Origin: Lama guanicoe
Taxonomy: Eukaryota
Assembly (NCBI GenBank): GCA_013239625.1
Contig: MU053588.1
Span: forward strand, 3,934,799-3,998,798
Direction of reading: 5' to 3'
DNA length: 64,000 nt
Both the position numbers and the translations under genes were made by a program. Shown in pieces: positions 54,335 through 64,000 of this stretch (the stretch's first letter is position 1; each line of letters begins with the position of its first letter). The notes under the pieces are model-generated. The model did not search any database. It was not told the DNA's origin and saw only the letters and a program-made list of their open reading frames with translations.

Positions 54335-55950
54335 CTGGTGGCATTTTGCAGGGGAACTGAGATATCACTGTAGAACCACAGTAAAAGTGTACTGCTCCAG
54401 GCCATTCCATGTGACAATCTCAGGACAGTTGCCACCGTCCTGATGATGGGGATGATACTGGGTGCTGCAGGGCCAAAAGGCAGAGCCTTGGCATTCAGCC
54501 TGCAGTAGTTCACTGTCGGTTTCCATGCCCCAGGGTCCTTTTTGACGCCAAATCAGGCTGTTAAATTGTGACAAAGTGGCATGAAGCACTCTGGCTTGCA
54601 CCAAGTCCTGAATTAAAGTAATGTTCTTTTTTCCCACCTGGTATGTAGTACTGATTTTGTTGGAAAACCCATTTGTGCTTGGGTAACTTAGATGGCAGGC
54701 AGGAGTCACACCCCCAGCTATGGCTCAAGTTCTTTGCTGTGAGTGGGCATACCCACTCAGGAGGTGGTGACATTCTGTACCACAAGCAGCAAAAATGACA
54801 GTGTCCATATTGCACTCAGCTATGGAAACCACAGTGATCAGCACCTGAAATGTCCCAGAGGATCCCACCCACAAGCACATCAGGCACATAAGTAGATAAG
54901 CACCATGCATGGGTCACCATATTCACCCCCAAGCCCCCCAGTGTCACCAGTTTAATCTTCAGACCTACAGGGGCCTGGAAAAACTGTCATATGGGCCTCA
55001 GTATCTAAGAGCTTCAGAAAAGTCTGAATTCCTCTCTTCTCCCCTTTCATTGTGACAGGAGAATAGGGCTACTGATCTCCAGTGGGGAAATGGAGACCTT
55101 GACCCCATGCCTAACTGCCATTTGGCCAGAGACATTTGGATCTGCAGTGTTCCCTTATCAAACAGACGGACCATACAGGTAGCATGAGATTTTCTTGGCT
55201 TCTGCCTGTGTCTGTCCTTCAACTTTTAAAATTCCCCCTCAGAGAAGACCTTATTTCAACAGTCTCATTTTCAGCAAAGCCATCAGTTATATGATGTTGC
55301 ATGAAAACGGGTCTTACTTGAGGTTGTCAAGCAACACAGACCAGGAAGAGCTTCTATTTCCCCCACACATTGTTGGCAACCTCTGGGATACTATGGGAGT
55401 TGGCAAATGGTGTTCAAGTTTAAGGCTGGCCAAAAGTCTGGATATAGTTTCCCTGCTCTTCTTAGGACTCACCTCTCATACTTCTGCCCACATGCATTGC
55501 ACCAGCTCATCCCTCTTAACAGGGAGATTATCTCCATTCCATTTGTCCCCATGTGGTCAAAGAGTGGCCAGAACCTCGGTTAGCTCATCACCCCCTTGGG
55601 ATCTGGCACCACTGTGGGGCCATTGGGGCTAACAAGGCATTGCATTTCCATCATGCCATACTGTGTTTCCTTGGTGACTGCTTGCTGCACCAAACTGTCA
55701 AGCAGATACCAGTGCATGGTAACCTATTCCCTTGGGGTTGATAATCAGTGTATAGTAATCTGCTCCAACAATATGTCATTGGCCAGTTTTATTTATGGAC
55801 ACACATATGGCCAGCTTCAAGGAAGGTGGGAAGGTAAGCATTTAGCTTTTCTATTCTCTACAGTGGAGGTAAGTAAAACAAAAGGGATTATGACTGGCAT
55901 TTGGTTCACTAGCCAACAGTGTCTGTCCCAGAAGAACATAAAACAATGTT
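54335..55950 (-). mobile_element. Highly degenerate ERVL/MaLR-class internal region
   Basis: Short pol-like remnants on the minus strand (ALPFGP, SLIWRQKGPWG); adjoins an LTR-like segment at about 55980-56560. The family call is tentative. Confidence 0.4.
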
Positions 55951-57449
55951 CATTGCAGCTTCATACAGAATAGCAAATGTAGTACTCGTGAAGGGATGTT
56001 CCAAAATGCTTATTTAATTCATCCAGAAACACCAGTAGTTTGATAAATTGAGTTTATTATTTGTTTCAGTGAGAGACTACAACCACCACAGGAAACCATG
56101 AGGTGTCACAAGGGTAAGAGGGTGTCAGCAAGGATCTATTATAGGATTTCGGCTTTGGTTGGGTGTTTTGGGAGACAGCCTAGGGAAGCAGGATTCACTC
56201 TAGACTGGGTGCTGTCAGAAAGCAGGAGTGATTTTAAGATTTAGTACCTCAATAAACTTTATATTTTGGGAGTGCATACTAGAACAAGGATAAAGCTCTA
56301 AGTGGTAAAGAAGTAGCAGTCACTCATTTAGCCAAGAAGGAGATGTTTGGCATTGTGTGGGTGGCACAGTGACCTTGTTTTTGTCTGTCTAAACAAAATT
56401 ATGAAAGGGCCTTGTGTGTCCTTTTACCATGGTTTCAAAGAAACCTCATTTGAGGATGATATTCTGTTATTTATGTCCCAAAGAAGAGTAACATTGGTCT
56501 AGTTGTGAGTGCCATGCCAGCTTCCAGATGTCAGGGGCTGTTTTGTTTTCAGTTCTCACTTCATTCCATGAAACATTATATAGCCATCATTTGGATGGAG
56601 TTAGATTTTCAGTGGCTCATATTAGAAAATGTCTAGCTCATACTGAGTTGAGAAAAACAGATACAGAACATGAGACTTCATTTAAAAATATGTATGTTGA
56701 TAGGTACATGTATATTTACTGGGAGAAAAAAGTCTGGTTATCTTCAAGGGAAAGGAGTCAGAGTGTGTCCCCTCCCGTCTTTATTTTGCTTTATACTGTT
56801 TTTAATTAGTGTAATTTAATTTCAGTAACATGTTTTCAAATTGCTAACTATAATAAAGATATTTTAACCAGAAAATATAAAGGAAAAAACAATATAAAGC
56901 GTGCTCCCTAACCTACAGAATACTCCTGTGTTCGGGCAGTAAATCATAGGCTTTGGGAGTCAGAATGACTCCAACGCCAAGCTCTTCAGGCATTATACTT
57001 GCTTTGAAATAGAGGACAATTTCTTAACTTCTCTGAATTGTGGTGTTTTTCCCTCCAAAGTAGGGATAATAATAACTTAAATGAAACGTTTAAATTAGGG
57101 AAGAGCGCTTTTCCTTCAGGACAAGCTTCCATTTTGGCCCTCTCAAGTTGCTTTTCCTGCGAAACCGGTGATAGGTACCACAGGGTCTGGAGTAATGGCT
57201 GGTACCAGCTTTGCTCCTCATTGCCCCTCCCAAATCATTCTACCTCATCTATTCGTTAACCTCTCAGTTTTAGCCTCACATCGTGGGAGTATACTAAAAT
57301 CATCCTCCTTTCAATCACCTAGTTTTCCCCTAAACAGCCATTCCCCATTAATTTCTCGAAGATTGTATCTCCTCACTTGTTCACTTTCCAAAAATACTCC
57401 TGCCATAATTGGAGGCATTTCGACTTCAGAAAGTCGTGTCTATAGAATA

Positions 57450-58050
57450 TTTTCGCTGGACGACTAGGGGAAAGGTAACACCGCCTACTAGCTCAGGCAT
57501 CAACGTGACCGCCCCGGAAGTCGGGAGTGTGGGATTTCCCTACTCTTCTTCCCGGAAAGTGAAACTCTGGACTTTTTTTCTCTTTTTCCCCAGCTCTGGC
57601 ATTCAGGGAGGTGTAGTCCAGGCGCTCTGTGTAGTCGCTTGCACTTCCGCTCAGGAAGGCGGCTCTGGTGGATTCTGGGAAGTGTAGTCCAGAAGCAACG
57701 TAGACTCTTCGGCACTTCCGTTCCTGAAGTGAGAGGTTGATGGTGTATTTTCCGTGAGGTGCGTCAGTTCCGTGTCTCACTGGCTCCTCCGAACTTCCTG
57801 GATCTATGCTTGGGACCCGCGACGACCCGGCAGTTGGTTTAGGGGAAGAGAATCCACGGCAGAGAGCGCAGGTATGGGGGCTCCTAGGGCGGCGGTGTCC
57901 GTTCCCCTCGGCGGAGCCTCGGGGCGTTTGAGGCATTCTCACGACCCAGAGAGAGGGCGGGCTCTGGTCGCGTATCCGCTGAGTTGAGAGTTTCCGCGGC
58001 TCTCCGCTCGCCCAGTCCGCCTCCCTGCATCTTCCACGCGTGCTCCTATT
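57450..58050 (+). promoter_or_regulatory. CpG-island promoter and likely first exon of the third KRAB-ZNF gene
   Basis: ZNF143/ACTACA-type motifs at 57605-57619 and 57676-57690; ETS sites CCGGAAGT 57514-57521 and ACTTCCG at 57643 and 57714; donor cag|gtatgg at about 57871. Confidence 0.75.
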
Positions 58051-60751
58051 TTCCTCGCATTGGGAGTTAATCTCCTTGTACCTCCTGTTGCTTTTCTTTA
58101 CAATATTAGGCTGTTACCTTCCTAATAGAATTCTTTTTGGAATTGAGAGGTGGTACACCTAGAAGTCTAAACCAGTTCCTGGCTCGTAGTGAATGGTGAT
58201 CTCTTCTTAGTGTTGTTTTGCCCACGAGCGGTCAGGTCCCCGGGTTAGGGTCAGAGATACAGCTTCAGTGAGTGACCTTATTCTTTTCTCTATCCCTGCG
58301 TGACACTGGATCTGACTGCTTCTGACTTTTTTGAGGGGGAAGGTGAGGGTTGCTTTCAGATTGCTCGGGGGGAGTGGGGAGACTTTTAACTTTCATCCGG
58401 GACCGCGACTCGATGGTGGCATTTCATAGCATTCGTTCTTTCCCCAGCGTGACTTCTCCAAAAGGACTACACGGAGGTAGAGGCAGTGACTCCAGGGCTA
58501 CTGACAGCAAAGATCCGCCTAAGTGGGACTTGACACTTCTTTTACAATGATATTCACGTCAGTCAGAGGATGTGTAGGATGTGTAATTGGACACGGGTAT
58601 TGATAATAGTTGATTCTTAACTACTAACTTCAACGATGACAGCTTTATACAAATAAATACATTAAGCCACACCATGACTGTGAAGAAATAGTGCTTTTTT
58701 CCTTTTCTGTAAAATGATACTGAGACCCAGGGAGCTGGAAGTTAGTTGCCAATAGTCAGCGATCTAGTAAGAGACTGAGCTGGGGTTGGAATTCAGGCAG
58801 TCTGATTCCAGAGCTTGAGTTCATAATCTCTTGGATGTAGTCTCGTTAAGTCGTAGGAACCAAGTGGAATCAGGCCCTGTAGCTAGGACTTGATTATGAG
58901 GGACCTTAAAAGCAAAGCAAATGGGCTTGGACTTTTCTATAAGTTTTTAAAAACGTTGTCAACTCTTTTGCTTCACTTGTTACAAATAATATTCCATATT
59001 CTTAAAGAACCATGCCATTGTGGATCATTCACCAATTGCAGAAATATGTTAGGAAAAAAATTATTTTAAATACTTATCAATCCAGGATGTAAAGATAGCA
59101 ACTGTTAAGCTTCTAATGCATTTCTGTTTAGTGGTTCTTTTGATATATTTCTTTATAAACATTTTACAATTTGTTTTATCATCCTTTTCTGAATGGTTTT
59201 TTACCTCATGTGTTTTAACTATGGAAATTTCCAAACACTGACAAGAAAGAATAAACAAATGGACTTCCATATAATTTCACCATCATCCTTACTATTCTCA
59301 TTATTATTGTTATTCCTGTGACTGTTTTTGATTTTTAAAAACTTTTTATATAATTTTAAACCTATAGAATAGTTGCAGAAATAGAATAAGGAACTCTCAT
59401 ATACTTGTTACCCAAATTCACCAACTGTTTACATTCTGCCTGTCTGCTCTGTGCTCCATCAGCCAGATGACACCAAGAATGTACCTGTATTCAGGGGCAA
59501 CTGGTCTTAGCTTTCTGCATGAAGGATGCCGACATGTCCTGGGTGGTCAGGAGGTGTCTTGTTACGAGGGATTTAGAGAAGGCTGATTAGAGGATTTCAG
59601 CATCATATGCTTGGTAATATTAGACACTATACTAGAGAATAGTGTGTATCTGCTAGGTTTCTATTGAGTTATTGGTAATTGTAGCTAACAGGTAACAGTA
59701 GATAATGCTGGATGGTACATTAGATGATGTACTGATATATAATCCAGGGTCCTATATTTATTTTGTTCTGTTTTTCATTGGAAGTCTTCATAATTGAGTT
59801 TCCTTCAATTCAAAGTCCAGGTTTGTGCCTTTCCTTAAGTTGTAGATTTGTTTATAAACATTTCGCAGAACTTTTGTCATACTTTCTTCATATTCTTCTT
59901 TAACACAGAATGATTCCACAGCCTTTGTCTTTTTCGTTCTTGAAACCCCTAATTTATCCCCTCCTTTTCCCCTTTGGTAACCATAAGTTTGTTTTGTATG
60001 TCTGTGAGTCTATTCCTGTTTTGTAAGTAAGTTCATTTGTATCATTTTTTAGATTCCACATATAAGTGATATCATATGGTATTTGTCTTTCTAGTTTTGC
60101 TAATTTAAATGATTTGTAGATTAACACTTATTTTTACCAACTTGAGATACGGGGTACATATTTTAGAATTCCCCCATTTCAGGTGTACAAATCAATGATT
60201 TTTTGTAACTTTGCTGGGTAGGGCCATCATCGCCATGATACAGTTTAGAACATTTTCATTTCGCTAGTTGGATTCCTCAGTTAATCCTCTTTCTCTCCAC
60301 TGGTACCCGGGCTACCACTCACCTACTTTCTGTCTCCATAGATTTGCCTATTATGGATGTTTCATATAAATGGAATTGTACAGTATGACGTCTTTTGTGT
60401 CTGTCTTCTTTTGCTGTCCACAGTGTTTGCAAGATTCATCCGTGTTGTAGTGTAATCAGTACTTCATTCCTTGCAGTTGGCACGTGAACACTCCATTGTA
60501 TGGATCTTGCCACAGTTTGTTCATTCACGCCTGGGCTGACATTTCGGTTGTTTCTGGTTTTACGTTATGAGTCATGAGCTGTGATCACGCATATGCTTGT
60601 TCACAGTCCAGGTCAGGGCAGGTGAGCAGCATCCCAGGCCACTCTTTGATGTCTTTTTCCTGCCTTCCCAGGCACCCTGCTGTGCACAGTTTTGAATTCC
60701 CCGGATCTGTGTCCCTCGGGACTCTGCTTGTCCCCAGAAGTGGGAGGAACA

Positions 60752-60766
60752 ATGACTGCCTTCAAG
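60752..60766 (+). CDS. Third KRAB-ZNF gene, start-codon exon (MTAFK); exon begins about 60672
   Basis: acaATGACTGCCTTCAAG|gtgagt, homologous to the ZNF45 start exon (ccccagaag...ATG). Confidence 0.85.
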
Positions 60767-61134
60767 GTGAGTAGGGCCAGCCTTTCTCACTTTCAAAGTT
60801 CCATCCCATTCCTCAGATTGTCGCACGCTTTTCTTGGGACGACTCAAGCAGAACAACAGGCATTGGAAGGCCTGTTCTGCCCCCAGCTCTTACTTTGCCC
60901 TTTGAGTTCTCTTTGCATTTGTTTTTATTTTTTACTTTATTTTATTATTTATTTTATGGAGAAGAAGAAATTCTAGAAATACATGACTCTCCCACTTTGC
61001 TACTTCTCTTTGGACAGACTAGCTGTTTTTATTTTCTTGTGCTCTTCCTCAGAGACATTCATAACTGTATTTGTATTCATGGTATACATCTAATTTCATC
61101 TACTTGTTTGTGTATTTTTCACTAGAGAATTTTT

Positions 61135-61940
61135 TAATCTTTTTTTAATTGAACTATTGTTAATTTACAGTGTTGTATTAGTTTCAGATGTACAGCAAAG
61201 TGATTCAGTTATGTGTATATATGCGTATATATGTGTATATACATATATACGTGTATATATATCTCCTTTTTCAGATTCTTTCCCATTATAGGTTATTACA
61301 GGATATTAAGTACAGTTCCCTGTGCTATGTATAGTTTTATATATAGTAGTTTTATATATTTTTATATATAGTGTGTGTGTGTGTATATATATCTTTTTAC
61401 ATATAGTAGTATGTATATGTTAATCCCAAACTCCTAATTTATCCCTTCCTCACCCCTGCTTTTGCCCTCTGGTAACCATAAATTTGTTTTCTATGTCTGT
61501 GAGTCTGTTTCTGTTTTGTAAATAAGTTCATTTGTATCATTTTTAAAGATTACACATATAAGTGGTATCATATGGTATTTTTCTTTCTTTGATTTACCTC
61601 ACTTAATGTGATAATCTCTAGGTCCATCCATGTTGCTGCAAATGGCAATATTTCATTCTTTTTTATGGCTGAGTAATAGTCCATTGTGTACATACACCAC
61701 ACCTTCTTTATCCAGTCATCTGTTGATGGACATTCAGGTTGCTTCCATGTCTTGGCTGTTGTGAAAAGTGCTGCTGTGAGCATTGGGGTGCATGCAGCTT
61801 TTTGAATTAGAGATTTCTACAGATAGATGCCCAGGAGTGGGATTGCAGGATCATAGGGTAACTCAATTTTTAGTTTTTTAAGGAACGTCCATACTGTTCT
61901 CCTGAGTGGCTGCAGCAGTTTACATTCCCACCAGCAGTAG
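61135..61940 (-). mobile_element. Young L1 3' fragment with expanded (TA/TG)n tracts
   Basis: ORF2 end [26 protein letters not shown] on the minus strand. Confidence 0.9.
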
Positions 61941-63397
61941 TATATATACATCTAATTTTAAATTGTGACTTCTTTCTTTTAATATTATATAACGTTCATT
62001 TTTTAATGGATACCCCGCAGTCCCATTGAATCGATGTACCTTTTCATTTTTAACTACTTCCCACCTGTAGACATTTAGGTGGCTTAAGAATTTGATGGTT
62101 TTAAGCAATACTGAGTGATTGCTTTCCTGCATAAAACCTTTGCCCCTAAAAGCAGCTCTGAAAGCAATCTGCCAATTTTTTGTCCTCATGGGCTGTGAGC
62201 TCAGCATAGACAGAGTACATTCGGTATGTGTCATGTTGGCTGTGTTCTAGGTAGAATATCTGAATATGAGCTCCAACTGCTGCATCACACAAACACGTTT
62301 TATTCATTAGGCACTTATACTGTGCCACTTACTCTTCCAAATGCTGTAGATATTCCCTCATTTAATCCTTGAAAGAAGTCTGTTATGTAAGGACCACTCT
62401 ACAGAGAGAAAACTCAGGCACGCAGGCACACTTGTCCAAGGTCACACAGCTAGTAAGGGTTAGGGCCGCCCAGACCTTTGGGAATCGTGCCGAGGCATGC
62501 TGGTCCCAGAGTGGGACACTGAATGCTCCAATTAGGTGTATTGTGTGCAAGATGGGAACCCTCGTCTCCAGGAAGACCCCAGAACCAGGGAGGGATCTGC
62601 AACCTGTGGAACTCAGAGAATAGAAATGTTGTCACGAAAGCCCTTTATGGGGCAAGAAGTCCTTTAAGAAGGAAAATCTGACTTCCAACCTCATGAGTAG
62701 TTTATATGGACCAATTCAAGGCAGCCAGTCAGCTTCCAAGTTTGAAATGCCCTCAACCCCTTAAATTTTGCCGCAAACCGTGGATCGAGTAGATTGATTT
62801 GAGAGCCTTGCCTCCTGCATCCTTGTCAGTGGACTTTACAATAAAGCTTTTTCACAAAAAAAAAAAGAGAGAGAGAGATGTGGTGTGTGCCTTGAAGATA
62901 CATAGGACGAACTACATAGCTCTCCCACACAGGTTCCTAAAAACATGTTAGTTTGGCAGACACTAATGAAAAGGGCTAGCTTTTCTGTTACAGGAGGGTT
63001 TGTGTGTCTAAGAGGAAGAAGGCAGGTGCTATCAAATATGTCTGGATTAAATCGCTCAACTCTTCTGGGGACAAATAGCAATATTCACAAAAAAGTAAAA
63101 TGCATGTAGCCCAGGATACATGTTTAGGGTTTCAGAGGGTTACTTGTAAGTAGACTCAATGAGGTTACAAAATATATACAAAGACTGTTATCACTGCTGC
63201 ATTTGGGATGTGGCTGAGGAAAATCAGCGTGTGGCATTGGCAGGAGAGAAAGAGAAGGGTCAGGGAGTCTACAGATTGACTTATGTGCCTCAGAATCTGG
63301 ACTCACTTCTCACCCATCCTCACCACCACATCAGTGCTGTCTGTTTTCAAGTGGCCATTGATTGTAACATTGAGGTTGCGTGTGTTTGGTGTTGTAG

Positions 63398-63550
<153 letters not shown>

Positions 63551-63674
63551 TAAATGTCAGCTCCCTGGTCTGGCCTGGCTTTGTGTCCTCAGGTGTTGAC
63601 AGGGTCTTGAAATGGTCCCCTTGCGTTGGTGGACCTGACTTTTATGCCAACGATTTTTCTTTATTGTACATCTT

Positions 63675-64000
63675 TTTTATTTTATTTTTTATTGACGTAT
63701 AGTCAGTTTACAGTGTTTCATCAATTTCTGGTGTACAACATAATGTTTTAGTCATACATATATATATATTCATTTTCATATTCTTTTTGATTACATATAC
63801 ATGTGATCATTTTCATATTCTTTTTCATTATAGATTACTACAAGATATTGAATATAGTTCTCTGTCCTATACAGTATAAACTTGTTGTCTATTTTATATA
63901 TGGTAGTTAGTATCTGCAAATCTCGAACTCCCAATTTATCCCTTCCCACCCCCTGCCCCCACTGGTAACCATAAGTGTGTTTTCTGTGTCTGTGAGTCTG
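63675..64000 (-). mobile_element. Young L1 3' end
   Basis: tttttattgacgtatagtcagtttaca...ggtaaccataag, the same 3' end as the copies at about 26060 and 33420. Confidence 0.85.

Noticed and set aside
57493..57942. ORFs in the CpG islands (also 31141-31437 and 35055-35414)
   Set aside because: Expected from stop-poor GC-rich promoter DNA; no recognisable protein features.

Overview
Mammalian genomic DNA, probably camelid judging by its tRNA-derived SINEs and young L1 3' ends, from a KRAB-C2H2 zinc-finger cluster that looks orthologous to human 19q13.31. It holds a complete ZNF404 on the minus strand (3 coding exons, 527 aa, KRAB-A plus 14 fingers) and a complete, divergently transcribed ZNF45 on the plus strand (4 coding exons, 688 aa). 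It also holds a frameshifted orphan zinc-finger exon and the 5' part of a third KRAB-ZNF gene. Each of the three genes has a CpG-rich promoter with ZNF143/ACTACA-type motifs. The rest is mostly repeats: L1, MLT/ERVL, MER5A/MER20, a Charlie-type hAT and SINEs. The most notable observation is a gag-deleted betaretrovirus-like ERV whose LTR carries a single-loop MPMV-type CTE (NXF1-binding RNA export element) and which has a tRNA-Trp primer site. Others are a fossil KRAB-A/KRAB-B exon pair inside the ZNF404 5' region, an L1 3' transduction, orphan polyadenylated insertions, and a near-identical 2.17-kb tandem duplication. Gene names and comparisons with human come from recalled sequences, not from a search. 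Repeat boundaries are approximate.
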